Below are positions 20,683-28,755 of a stretch of 37,605 nucleotides of DNA, piece after piece (position 1 is the first letter of the stretch; the number at the start of each line of letters is the position of its first letter). The notes under the pieces were generated by a model. It was not told the DNA's origin. It saw nothing but the letters and a program-made list of their open reading frames with translations, and did not search any database. The position numbers were made by a program, and so were the translations under genes. The stretch is from a virus: the UHGV virus genome UHGV-0180039; one strand, written 5' to 3'.

Positions 20683-20969
20683 GGCTTAATCTTCCCCTCC
20701 TTCAGTAGTATCGCCTGCGTCCTGATCACGCCTTCGAGGTGGTAAAGTCTGGCGTCTTTGTTGTCGAGATTATGGGTGCGTCGGTCGATTTCATCGTGAC
20801 ACGCGCTACAAGCCCATGCGCCGATCAGGTCGTCAGGCTTCATTCCCGTTCCGCAAATTCCAGCCATCCGGTAATGTGCCAGAACTGTAGTTTCAGGATT
20901 ACCATTGCATACGCCGTAAATACGTACCTGGCATTCTCTGCCGCGTGCTTCTTTGCGTAGATTAGCCAT
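20679..20969 (-). CDS. YbcO-like (DUF1364) putative nuclease
   Basis: 96 aa; RKEARGRECQVRIYGVCNGNPETTVLAH...CSACHDEIDRR matches DLP12 YbcO from memory; lies next to rusA as in DLP12. Confidence 0.75.
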   Translation of the reverse strand: MANLRKEARGRECQVRIYGVCNGNPETTVLAHYRMAGICGTGMKPDDLIGAWACSACHDEIDRRTHNLDNKDARLYHLEGVIRTQAILLKEGKIKP

Positions 20970-21691
20970 TAAGCAGCCTCCCCTGTTACTTTCAGCATTC
21001 CGTTATCGAGCAGCTTTCTGGTCAGCCACTGTTGACCACGCCCGGTGATTTTTGTGGTGAACGATATCTGTATTCCGTGATTTGTGTTGACCGCTGTTTC
21101 TTTCACTGTGAAATAGCCGCGATCCATATATTCCTGCATTGGCACATTGCGCCGGGAACCTGAAGCAATAAGGATTTTGTGATCGCGCATCCACGCAAAC
21201 AGTTTGTTTGGACCAATTCCAACAACCTTTGCAAAGTTTCCAATCAAAATTCCGCTGGCCTCGCCAACGCGATCGGCAAACTCAACTTTAGGTGCGGCAA
21301 TTGCGAGCTGGTTTTCCAGTTGCATTTTCTGCTCAGCAAGATCAGCAGCAAGGCGCAACGCTTCCGGTAACGTTTTGGGGATATTAACCGCAGTTTCTTC
21401 AAGCTCTCGCCAACGGTCAACAAGACGAGCGGTGAATTCCGGAGACAACTGGGCTACAACGACAATACTGTCTCGCTTTCCTTGTTCGCCTTCGAATACA
21501 TACACACAAAAACTTTGATTTAAGCCTAACCCATTGATTCTTCCACAATCCTCAATTTGAGGAAGCCGGATAACACCATTTTTAGCCAGCGTTTCGATGG
21601 TACGTTTCACATTGTCATGACGCTTACCAACCAACTCAGCGATTTCAATGCTTGTCATTTTGATGGCATTGCCATTTATTAACTCATTCAT
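20969..21691 (-). CDS. Rha-family regulatory protein with C-terminal antirepressor (ANT/KilAC-like) domain
   Basis: 240 aa; N-terminus SIEIAELVGKRHDNVKRTIETL is Rha-like, C-terminal half (LFAWMRDHKILIASGSRRNVPMQEYMDRGYF) is antirepressor-like. Confidence 0.75.
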   Translation of the reverse strand: MNELINGNAIKMTSIEIAELVGKRHDNVKRTIETLAKNGVIRLPQIEDCGRINGLGLNQSFCVYVFEGEQGKRDSIVVVAQLSPEFTARLVDRWRELEETAVNIPKTLPEALRLAADLAEQKMQLENQLAIAAPKVEFADRVGEASGILIGNFAKVVGIGPNKLFAWMRDHKILIASGSRRNVPMQEYMDRGYFTVKETAVNTNHGIQISFTTKITGRGQQWLTRKLLDNGMLKVTGEAA

Positions 21692-21878
21692 CGTCTTCTT
21701 CCTCGTACATTGAGCTATTCGGATCGCTCATCAGTTCTGCGCAGCAATCGGAGCACACGTGAACTTCCAGCACATGCAGCTTCTGACCGCAGTTAGCGCA
21801 CGTTAAAGCCCGCTCGACGCTTTCTTGTTCGTAACTTCGATTTGGGTCAATCACCTTGTTTTCCTCATGCGGTTCCAT
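21684..21878 (-). CDS. ninF: NinF-like small Cys-rich protein
   Basis: Internal ATG of track ORF 21684..22148; 64 aa ...QESVERALTCANCGQKLHVLEVHVCSDCCAELMSDPNSSMYEEEDDE resembles lambda NinF from memory. Confidence 0.65.
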   Translation of the reverse strand: MEPHEENKVIDPNRSYEQESVERALTCANCGQKLHVLEVHVCSDCCAELMSDPNSSMYEEEDDE

Positions 21879-21993
21879 TTGGCCTGTAACAGCCCGTAGA
21901 CATAATCGAATGTCTTTACCTGGCTTTCTGTGGGGATTGGTTTCTTGCGGGATTTGGTGCGTTTGGTAGGAGTAAAAATCAGGTTGTCTAACG

Positions 21994-22167
21994 CTATTTG
22001 AGTAATGCTTCGTCGCTGTCTCGCCACACGTCCTCCTTTTCCTGCGGTAGTGGCAAAACTCCTGTTGGTGTTCTTTCACACCGGAGACACCATCGATTCC
22101 AGTAAGGTTGCCCGGGTCGAAAGCGATCGCCTTCCTTTCGCTCTCCACATCGATAACAGTGCTTCAT
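21994..22167 (-). CDS. Small zinc-ribbon-like protein (two CxxC pairs)
   Basis: [11 protein letters not shown]...WCLRCERTP; its ATG overlaps the methylase stop (ATGA). The overlapping alternative frame (upstream part of 21684..22148) looks less protein-like. Confidence 0.35.
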   Translation of the reverse strand: MKHCYRCGERKEGDRFRPGQPYWNRWCLRCERTPTGVLPLPQEKEDVWRDSDEALLK

Positions 22168-22754
22168 GCGATCACCATTTTGCATGGTTTAATCGCCATG
22201 CCGGGAGCCAGTTCAAAATCGGAGTCGCACTGATTTCCCCACATATCCCACCCGGTCACTTTGTCGCGGCTAAATAACTCACAGCGCGGCACGTCGCCAA
22301 GCAACTTAGCTAACATGTCTCTTACGATCGGTGGTTTTGCACTGTGCTCCATTCTCGGTGCGGTAAAGTGCTGGCATATTGAAGCGTCCATTCTCTCAGG
22401 TAACCGCCCTCGAACGGCAAACAAGCAATCCTCGCTATTTGCCCGGGTCATATGCCCCATTCCGATCGCACTGTTGCCTTTGTGCTTATTGGTTTTGTGC
22501 CAAGTAAAGCCTTTCATAGTCATCAACCTGAATCCCCACGCCTCAATTACCTTTAGCGCTTCGGCTGGCTGTGTCGGCACCCACCACATCGCTAACAAGC
22601 AAGATTCTGGATCCGCTAAATCCCATACTGGCAGTCGGCAAATGTCCTGAACATTCATAACATCGTATTTATGTCCAGCACCGCGATTGCCATCGTTGGC
22701 TTTGTCGCGATATTGCCAAGGCGGATCTGCGTAAATAAGTTGGTATTTGTTCAT
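22164..22754 (-). CDS. DNA N6-adenine methyltransferase, MT-A70 family; no adjacent restriction enzyme
   Basis: 196 aa with the catalytic DPPW motif (YADPPWQY) near the N-terminus. Confidence 0.85.
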   Translation of the reverse strand: MNKYQLIYADPPWQYRDKANDGNRGAGHKYDVMNVQDICRLPVWDLADPESCLLAMWWVPTQPAEALKVIEAWGFRLMTMKGFTWHKTNKHKGNSAIGMGHMTRANSEDCLFAVRGRLPERMDASICQHFTAPRMEHSAKPPIVRDMLAKLLGDVPRCELFSRDKVTGWDMWGNQCDSDFELAPGMAIKPCKMVIA

Positions 22755-23191
22755 TCAGTTTTATCTCCCCATCTCGCTTTCCACTCCAGAGCCAGTCGCG
22801 CTTCGTCTGACCACTTAACGCCATGTTCTGTACCGAATGCCTGTATAAGCTCTAATAGCTCCGCAAATTCGCTTACACGCATCCTGCTGGTTGACTGACC
22901 TATTACCACAAAGCCATTCCCGGCAAGGTTAGGAACAACGTCTTGCTGCTTTAATGCTGCGGTAAACACACACTTCCAGCTTTCTGCATCCAGCCAGCGA
23001 CCATGCCATTCAACCTGACGAGAGACGTCACCAAGGCAAGCCCAAAGCTTTCGATTCTGGTCTAAGCTGCGGTTGCGTTCCTGAATGGTTACTACGATTG
23101 GTTTGGTTGGGTCTGGAAGGATTTTCTGGATAGCTTGAATGGCGTTCTGCTGATGGATGGGGCTTCTTAGTTCAAACGTTAGTTTCCTCAT
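22751..23191 (-). CDS. ninB: NinB recombination protein
   Basis: 146 aa, near-identical to lambda NinB from memory (...LPDPTKPIVVTIQERNRSLDQNRKLWACLGDVSRQVEWHGRWLDAESWKCVFTAALKQQDVVPNLAGNGFVVIGQSTSRM...). Confidence 0.9.
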   Translation of the reverse strand: MRKLTFELRSPIHQQNAIQAIQKILPDPTKPIVVTIQERNRSLDQNRKLWACLGDVSRQVEWHGRWLDAESWKCVFTAALKQQDVVPNLAGNGFVVIGQSTSRMRVSEFAELLELIQAFGTEHGVKWSDEARLALEWKARWGDKTE

Positions 23192-23408
23192 GGGATGAAC
23201 TCCAGTTTGTGATGTTAAATTCCCATTTAATTACCTTTGCATACCCAATTTTGAACCCATCAATACCTATCCACCGCTTGCCACTCCAATAAGCTGTGCC
23301 ACTTTGCTTGAAATGATGTGGATGCCTAGATTGAGTGGTCACAGTTACAGGTAAATATGGCTTCGGGTATTCCCCATTCCCTGGATAACCAGATTTAATT
23401 TTGCTCAT
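23172..23408 (-). CDS. Hypothetical 78-aa protein (nin region)
   Basis: ORF linked by overlaps to its neighbours; no family recognised. Confidence 0.4.
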   Translation of the reverse strand: MSKIKSGYPGNGEYPKPYLPVTVTTQSRHPHHFKQSGTAYWSGKRWIGIDGFKIGYAKVIKWEFNITNWSSSHEETNV

Positions 23409-23731
23409 TGATACCCTCTCTCACTTAATCGCCTCCACGCTTCGTTAAACTCTTCTCGAGTTGCGCCGGATTTTCTTTCTTCAAACATCATGCATTCGCT
23501 GATGTCTCCCCATGACTTTGGTCGCTTTTCAGCGAACAGATCATCCCATTCGAATACCCAGCGGCCTGATTTTCGGTAGTGGTAAATGGTCAGCCATGTT
23601 GTGCTGTTCGCTGGATACCCATAGAGAACTTCGACTTTTTGATCACGGTCTTTATGCTTTTTCAGCAGGATAAAGCCAGCAACCAGCGAAGCTCCGGCAA
23701 GAATGATGATTGGAATTTGCCAGTCAGCCAC
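23405..23731 (-). CDS. Hypothetical 108-aa protein with an N-terminal transmembrane helix (nin region)
   Basis: Hydrophobic IPIIILAGASLVAGFILL near the N-terminus; start codon is GTG; first gene after the tR2-like terminator. Confidence 0.45.
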   Translation of the reverse strand: MADWQIPIIILAGASLVAGFILLKKHKDRDQKVEVLYGYPANSTTWLTIYHYRKSGRWVFEWDDLFAEKRPKSWGDISECMMFEERKSGATREEFNEAWRRLSERGYQ

Positions 23732-23746
23732 ACTTCCCTCTCACCC

Positions 23747-23777
23747 AAATAAAAAGGCCTGCGATTACCAGCAGGCC
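23747..23777 (-). terminator. tR2-like intrinsic terminator at the replication/nin boundary
   Basis: Minus-strand GGCCUGC-UGGUAAUC-GCAGGCC followed by UUUUUAUUU; same as the lambda tR2 hairpin as recalled. Confidence 0.65.
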
Positions 23778-23807
23778 TGTTATTAGCTCAGTGATGTAGA
23801 TGGTCAT

Positions 23808-25688
23808 TTAATACTCCGTCACGTTTTCCTGTCGCCACGCCTCGTCATATTCCGATTTCGGCATATTGGCGATGTAGCTATATGGCGATCCTGATTCAAG
23901 TTGCAGGAACTGGTGCGATTGCTCGTCAAGGAACAACGGGACACCACCTTCCCAACCTTCGCCGTTACGTTGTTTTTCAAGCATCAAAACAGATGCCGGA
24001 GATGCAAGTAGCTGTTCGTCCTTCTCTGACATCTTTTCACCACTCTGAACTCTCTGTAACGCTCTCTCGCGAGCCTTGTTACGCCAGATGATGAAAAGGT
24101 TGTCTGTCAGGTCTGTTATCGCTCCAGAGCCTTTTACGTCCATTTTCCCGGTTGGTTTTTCTTCGCTGTCTCCTTTTCGCGAGTGAGTAACGAGAATGAC
24201 GTGGGAGTTTGTTTTGTTTTTGAAGTCGCAAATCGAGTCAACAAACGCCTTCTGCCCGTTATAGTCATCGTCGCCTATGCCACATTTCATCAGGCTGTCG
24301 ATGATGAATAACTGGATCCCGTATCGGCGGCGAGCGTAGTCGAATATTTCGATCAGCCTGTCGGCTTTCGCCGTTCCGGTCAGGCCAAACACCCAAAGTC
24401 TTTCGTCATAAAATTTAAATGCAGAGTCAATTTCCAGCACTGGCGGCATCTTGCAGCACGTCGCCTGACGGGTAAGGCGCTTAAGGAGAATACCAGGCTT
24501 CAGCTCAAGTGACGCGATGCACGTCTTCACCCCCTGACGCATTGCCTCAAGTGCCATATGCCCGACAACCTCCGTTTTTCCGTGACCGTTCACACCATTG
24601 ACCAGCGTCAACTCGGCCTCACGGAACTGGAATTTATCTGCCAGAGATTCCCACGGTGGATTAAACAGATACTGCTGCTTGCCGTAGAAAGCGTTGATAG
24701 TGTCCTGGTAAAACTCTCGCGCGCTGTAGAGTTCTTCAGGATCGAAGTAGGATGCCGTGCCGATGTACTGCCAGATTTCATCCTCGGTAACACCGTTCAT
24801 CAGGCATTCGTTGATGTCTTTGTACGGCAGAGTAACAAGACGGCAACGATGTTCACCGAGTCGGCTTGCGATTTCCCTTGCGGCTTCACGACCAACATCA
24901 TCAACGTCCATCGAGATGAATATTTCCTCAAACCTGTCGAGGTTGTGATACTCAAACTCAATCCACTGTTGCTTAGCGCCTTTCCCGCCACCAAACGGCA
25001 CGGATAACGCCGAGATGCCGTATTGCGCATAGCTAATACAATCAATTTCGCCTTCGCAAAGTACAACCGCCCTCACGCCAGCGTCCAGAGCCTGCCATCC
25101 GAACAGACAAGGTTCGCAATCACCTTCTGCCATAATGACTTTCTTCCCGTCCGGGCGCTCAGTGCTGATTCGCTTGACCTGCAACAACTCACCATCGCGT
25201 TTGTACGGAATCACCAGAGCATCCAGTTCTCGCTCTCCATTCCACACCTTGCCGCTGACAACCTCGTAGCGCTTTACGATTTCTGGAGATATGCCACGCG
25301 ATTGCAGGTACTCAAGATGGGATTCTGTTCTGGTAACGTAGCGGGCGATTTTCTTGCGGTCAGGTCTGGAGAATTTCTTCTCACGTCTGGCATCGAAATG
25401 GTGATCGTCATCCTTGATACCGAGAAATGCTTTCGCTTCCTGCATAGCCTGATGCAGGTTAATTCCACGACATGCCATCCATAAATCAAGCATGTCACCG
25501 CCGTCTCCCTCAGCGAAATCAGCCCATTTTTTCTTGCCGCTAAGGTTGACCTTAAGGCTGTTTCCCTTGTCGCCGTTGACGTTACCGGCAACCCACTCAT
25601 GCCCCTCTTTCTTGCCGTTTGGCAACAGGTGCGGAGCCACCCTGTCAACCTGCGCCCAAAGCAGGTCGCTGAGTTCACTTGGCGTCAT
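23808..25688 (-). CDS. Bifunctional primase-helicase (Toprim-type primase domain plus DnaB/RecA-like helicase domain)
   Basis: 626 aa; Toprim-like VVLCEGEIDCISYAQ...FISMDVDDVG in the N-terminal half; Walker A GVNGHGKT and Walker B LFIIDSL in the C-terminal half. Confidence 0.8.
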   Translation of the reverse strand: MTPSELSDLLWAQVDRVAPHLLPNGKKEGHEWVAGNVNGDKGNSLKVNLSGKKKWADFAEGDGGDMLDLWMACRGINLHQAMQEAKAFLGIKDDDHHFDARREKKFSRPDRKKIARYVTRTESHLEYLQSRGISPEIVKRYEVVSGKVWNGERELDALVIPYKRDGELLQVKRISTERPDGKKVIMAEGDCEPCLFGWQALDAGVRAVVLCEGEIDCISYAQYGISALSVPFGGGKGAKQQWIEFEYHNLDRFEEIFISMDVDDVGREAAREIASRLGEHRCRLVTLPYKDINECLMNGVTEDEIWQYIGTASYFDPEELYSAREFYQDTINAFYGKQQYLFNPPWESLADKFQFREAELTLVNGVNGHGKTEVVGHMALEAMRQGVKTCIASLELKPGILLKRLTRQATCCKMPPVLEIDSAFKFYDERLWVFGLTGTAKADRLIEIFDYARRRYGIQLFIIDSLMKCGIGDDDYNGQKAFVDSICDFKNKTNSHVILVTHSRKGDSEEKPTGKMDVKGSGAITDLTDNLFIIWRNKARERALQRVQSGEKMSEKDEQLLASPASVLMLEKQRNGEGWEGGVPLFLDEQSHQFLQLESGSPYSYIANMPKSEYDEAWRQENVTEY

Positions 25689-25795
25689 GATTCCCTCAGA
25701 TTGAGATTTTTAAACCAGAAATCGACAAACGAAATACTTAACCAACCGTGGTTATAACCAGCGACCAGTAGCGATTTGATTTTTGATTTCATGGT

Positions 25796-26656
25796 TCACC
25801 TGTCGAAAAACACGTAGCCAGTTTTCGATACGGTGATTGCGGATGATGGTTTGGATTGTGGTTGAATAGTTTCTGGCTTCTCGTCGTTCCAGCGTTGACC
25901 GTTCAGGTAGCTCGATGGTAACAACCTGTCGAATCCGAACTGCTTACCATTCCTGCATGCGATGTCTTCTGCCAGCATCGTGGCAAACTCTCTTGCCGTA
26001 CCCCTGGTAGTTTTACGCCATTCCCTGAACTGTGTTCTGAATGCCGAAGCTGCGTTTTTCTTCCCGGCTTTCCGCATGCCTGCACACCAGAATATTTCCT
26101 CGAATGCCTTGTCGGTTTCTTCGTGACGGTCATGTGATTTTTCACACTCCGTCCGAACACTTTCGGACATAGTGTTTTTATTATTTCTTTTTTCTTTTGT
26201 AATAGTTTCTTTTGTGTGTCCCTGTTTTGGTGACAGCGCTGTCACCGTTTTGGTGACACTTTTTGTCACCAATGCAGTGACATTATCACCAGAGTAGTGA
26301 CACCCTTCTATTTGCCATTCCTCGATGTTCTTGTTAGGCCCGATTTGCTGGCCTTCGCGAAGGATAACCTTCATCGCGATAAGCTCATTCTTGGCCTTAT
26401 TTACCTTCTGTCTTGGCAGCCTGGTAATTTGAGCTAACTGACTATCAGAGATGCGATCCATCTTTTTACCGTAGCCGTATGTTTTACGGCATATGGCGTG
26501 GGCAACCTTGCTCTGATTTTTCGTTAAATCTGCGCCGATAAGCTCTTCATACAGGGCATTTGCAAGACGGGTATAACCATCTTCAACTTCTGCCACACGA
26601 CGCTCCACAGGCCGTTGTGAAGGCCTTAAATGTGTTACGGTTGCAAGATTACTCAT
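25796..26656 (-). CDS. O: Replication initiator, lambda O-like
   Basis: 286 aa; N-terminal region ([22 protein letters not shown]...[25 protein letters not shown]...GPNKNIEEW) resembles the lambda O DNA-binding domain; the origin repeats lie inside the gene. C-terminal domain not confidently assigned. Confidence 0.8.
   Translation of the reverse strand: MSNLATVTHLRPSQRPVERRVAEVEDGYTRLANALYEELIGADLTKNQSKVAHAICRKTYGYGKKMDRISDSQLAQITRLPRQKVNKAKNELIAMKVILREGQQIGPNKNIEEWQIEGCHYSGDNVTALVTKSVTKTVTALSPKQGHTKETITKEKRNNKNTMSESVRTECEKSHDRHEETDKAFEEIFWCAGMRKAGKKNAASAFRTQFREWRKTTRGTAREFATMLAEDIACRNGKQFGFDRLLPSSYLNGQRWNDEKPETIQPQSKPSSAITVSKTGYVFFDR
26170..26305. repeat. Replication origin inside the O gene: four dyad-symmetric iterons plus an adjacent AT-rich region
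   Basis: GGTGACAGCGCTGTCACC (perfect palindrome), GGTGACACTTTTTGTCACC, AGTGACATTATCACC, AGTGACACCC at about 26228-26303; AT-rich TTTTTATTATTTCTTTTTTCTTTTGTAATAGTTTCTTTTGTG at about 26174-26216. Confidence 0.65.
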
Positions 26657-26827
26657 GACCTTTCTCCTTCTGCATCAGCTTCACTTTTTCCAACTCAGCC
26701 CGGAATCGACCAGGCTGCTTGAAGCTGGACAGGAAGCGATCACGTAGTATGTGTTTGTGAATTTTGTCCTGGTAAGGACTGAGTTGTTTTGTCATAATGA
26801 CTCCTGTTGATAGATCCAGTAATGACC

Positions 26828-27121
26828 TCAGAACTCCATCTGGATTTGTTCAGAACGCTCGGTTGCCGCCGGGCGTTTTTTATTGGTGAGAATCGAAGCA
26901 ACTTGTCGTGCCAATCGAGCCATATCGTCGTCAACGACGCCCCATTCAAGAACAGCAAGCAGCATTGAGAACTTTGGAATCCAATCCCTCTTCCACCTGC
27001 TGATCTGCGACTTATCAACTCCCACAGCTTCCGCTGTCTTCTCAGTTCCAAGCATTGCGATTTTGTTAAGCAACGCACTCTCGATTCTTAGAGCCTCGTT
27101 GCGTTTGTTTGCACGAACCAT
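26828..27121 (-). CDS. cII: Transcriptional activator cII (lambda type)
   Basis: From the internal [100 protein letters not shown], near-identical to lambda cII. The 126-aa track ORF is an upstream extension across nutR. Confidence 0.9.
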   Translation of the reverse strand: MVRANKRNEALRIESALLNKIAMLGTEKTAEAVGVDKSQISRWKRDWIPKFSMLLAVLEWGVVDDDMARLARQVASILTNKKRPAATERSEQIQMEF

Positions 27122-27139
27122 ATGTAAGTATTTCCTTAA

Positions 27140-27173
27140 CAAATAAGAAGTTATGCGCATCAACTTATGCGCG
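27140..27173 (-). terminator. Possible tR1-like hairpin between nutR and cII
   Basis: Palindromic ATGCGCAT arms around a 6-nt loop, followed on the transcript by a U-rich stretch; weak. Confidence 0.3.
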
Positions 27174-27179
27174 TTGTAT

Positions 27180-27223
27180 TCCCGCATTTCTGCGGGAATG
27201 AGGACCATGACTGTTAAAGAGCA
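27180..27223 (-). promoter_or_regulatory. nutR: boxA (UGCUCUUUAACA) plus boxB hairpin (UCCCGCAGAAAUGCGGGA)
   Basis: boxA at 27223..27212 starts 6 nt after the cro stop; 14-nt spacer; 18-nt boxB at 27197..27180 with a 7-bp stem and GAAA loop. Confidence 0.6.
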
Positions 27224-27229
27224 ATTTGC

Positions 27230-27415
27230 TTATGCCGCTTTGCGGTAAGCGCTTTCTTGATACTTCAGGGCGCCAGCTGTAACGACTTCCAGTCGATAGG
27301 CGTCTTTCTCTGGGATGACTTCCTTCCACTGAGAGACTGCTGCGTCGCTAATGCCTAACGCTTTAGCTACAGCACGCTGGGTTCCGAAGTGGTCGATAAC
27401 ATCTTTCTTGTACAT
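27230..27415 (-). CDS. cro: Cro repressor (P22 type)
   Basis: 61 aa MYKKDVIDHFGTQRAVAKALGISDAAVSQWKEVIPEKDAYRLE.VTAGALKYQE.AYR.AA, near-identical to P22 Cro from memory. Confidence 0.95.
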   Translation of the reverse strand: MYKKDVIDHFGTQRAVAKALGISDAAVSQWKEVIPEKDAYRLEVVTAGALKYQESAYRKAA

Positions 27416-27429
27416 AGACTCGCTCCGAA

Positions 27430-27495
27430 ATTAAAGAACACTTAAATTACCCACTAAAGGAATCTTAAGTCAAGTTTATTTAAGATGTCTTAACT
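27430..27495. promoter_or_regulatory. OR1-OR2-OR3 operators (P22 c2/cro type), overlapping PR and PRM
   Basis: Three 18-bp dyad sites: ATTAAAGAACACTTAAAT (27430-27447), ACTAAAGGAATCTTAAGT (27453-27470), ATTTAAGATGTCTTAACT (27478-27495). Confidence 0.7.
27445..27473 (-). promoter_or_regulatory. PR promoter for cro
   Basis: Minus-strand TTGACT (27473..27468), 17-nt spacer, GTAATT (27450..27445). Confidence 0.55.
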
Positions 27496-28146
27496 ATGAA
27501 AACTCAATTGATGGGAGAGCGCATTCGCGCTCGGAGAAAAGAACTCAAGATCAGGCAGGCCGCACTTGGAAAGATGGTCGGCGTGTCTAATGTTGCCATA
27601 TCTCAGTGGGAACGCTCTGAGACAGAGCCAAATGGAGAGAATCTTCTCGCCCTGGCTAATGCGTTGAAGTGTTCCCCTGACTATCTGATGAAAGGAGAGG
27701 AAAGTCTTTCAAACATTGCCTATCACAGTAGGCATGATCCAAGAGGGTCATACCCTCTGATTAGCTGGGTGAGCGCAGGATGCTGGATGGAAGCTGTAGA
27801 ACCATATCATAAGCGTGCAATAGATAACTGGTACGATACAACCGTAGACTGTTCAGAAGATTCGTTTTGGTTGGACGTGAAGGGAGACTCAATGACGGCT
27901 CCGGCCGGTCTCAGTATCCCTGAAGGAATGATAATACTCGTCGATCCTGAAGTAGAGCCGCGTAACGGGAAACTGGTAGTTGCAAAGCTCGAAGGAGAAA
28001 ACGAGGCAACTTTCAAGAAGTTAGTTATTGATGCAGGCAGGAAGTTTCTAAAACCACTTAACCCACAATATCCGATGATCGAGATCAACGGAAACTGCAA
28101 AATCATCGGCGTAGTTGTCGATGCAAAACTAGCAAACCTTCCATAA
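27496..28146 (+). CDS. c2: Immunity repressor C2 (P22 type; LexA/S24-like C-terminal domain)
   Basis: 216 aa MKTQLMGERIRARRKELKIRQAALGKMVGVSNVAISQWERSETEPNGENLLAL..., near-identical to P22 c2 from memory; C-terminal Ser/Lys autocleavage-type domain (DVKGDSM ... VAKL). Confidence 0.95.
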   Translation: MKTQLMGERIRARRKELKIRQAALGKMVGVSNVAISQWERSETEPNGENLLALANALKCSPDYLMKGEESLSNIAYHSRHDPRGSYPLISWVSAGCWMEAVEPYHKRAIDNWYDTTVDCSEDSFWLDVKGDSMTAPAGLSIPEGMIILVDPEVEPRNGKLVVAKLEGENEATFKKLVIDAGRKFLKPLNPQYPMIEINGNCKIIGVVVDAKLANLP

Positions 28147-28170
28147 GGGGGCATTCGCCCCCTTTTTTTT
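28147..28170 (+). terminator. Intrinsic terminator directly after c2
   Basis: GGGGGC-ATTC-GCCCCC followed by eight T residues. Confidence 0.75.
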
Positions 28171-28194
28171 ATTTCCTTTAAAAATCAAAGCCAA

Positions 28195-28267
28195 ACTTAA
28201 GTTACGAAAGAAAATTTAAGTTTTCTTCAAAAATACTCTTGACCATTAATTAAAGAGATCTTAAATT
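28195..28267 (+). promoter_or_regulatory. OL operators and PL promoter
   Basis: Operator ATTAAAGAGATCTTAAAT (28249-28266) plus weaker upstream half-site matches (ATTTAAG); -35 TTGACC (28239-28244), 17-nt spacer, -10 TAAATT (28262-28267). Confidence 0.55.
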
Positions 28268-28312
28268 TAAGCCATCAGCAGGACGCTGGAAGCCAAACGG
28301 AACAGATTGGCA

Positions 28313-28354
28313 GGCTCTTTAACATTGATGGGATTGTCCCGCCGAAATGCGGGA
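28313..28354 (+). promoter_or_regulatory. nutL: boxA (GGCUCUUUAACA) plus boxB hairpin (UCCCGCCGAAAUGCGGGA)
   Basis: boxA 28313-28324, 12-nt spacer, boxB 28337-28354; boxB differs from the nutR boxB at one position. Confidence 0.6.
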
Positions 28355-28755
28355 ACCAAAGAGTAGTTGGCTTTGGGATTGGATGAATGAGCAGGCTGAT
28401 GCTCGACCAATGTATAAACAGCGCTCATGGCAAGCAGTAACCAATCTGCGCCTCAAGACAGCGTCACTGGTAGTGCGGGCGCTCTAACCAGTAAGCCGGA
28501 GTTCAGCACCGGCCATCCAATCGCCAAAGTCAATTCCATAGGCGTTATGCAGCCGCCACCATATTCAAGAAAGCTGCACAAGAGGTAGGAGGATTTATGT
28601 GAATACTTACATTCAATTGAGAGGTTAATTAAATAGAACTGATCGAGCAGAGTCCATAAAGGCTCATAAATGCTCTTCCATCCCCGTCTAATTGGCGGGG
28701 AAGGAAACCACTTTGTAATAAAAAAAATTCCAAAGTTGTTTCATCGGAGGTCAAC

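Noticed and set aside
21879-22148. Upstream 90 codons of track ORF 21684..22148
   Set aside because: Only the 3' portion from the internal ATG resembles NinF; the upstream part is basic and low-complexity and overlaps a more plausible zinc-ribbon ORF in another frame.
23778-23804. 26-codon hydrophobic ORF overlapping the tR2-like hairpin on the minus strand
   Set aside because: It is encoded largely by the terminator stem-loop itself and has no ribosome-binding site.
26828-27208. 126-aa extended form of the cII ORF
   Set aside because: The upstream 29 codons run across the nutR boxA/boxB elements; the internal ATG at 27121 gives the canonical 97-aa cII.
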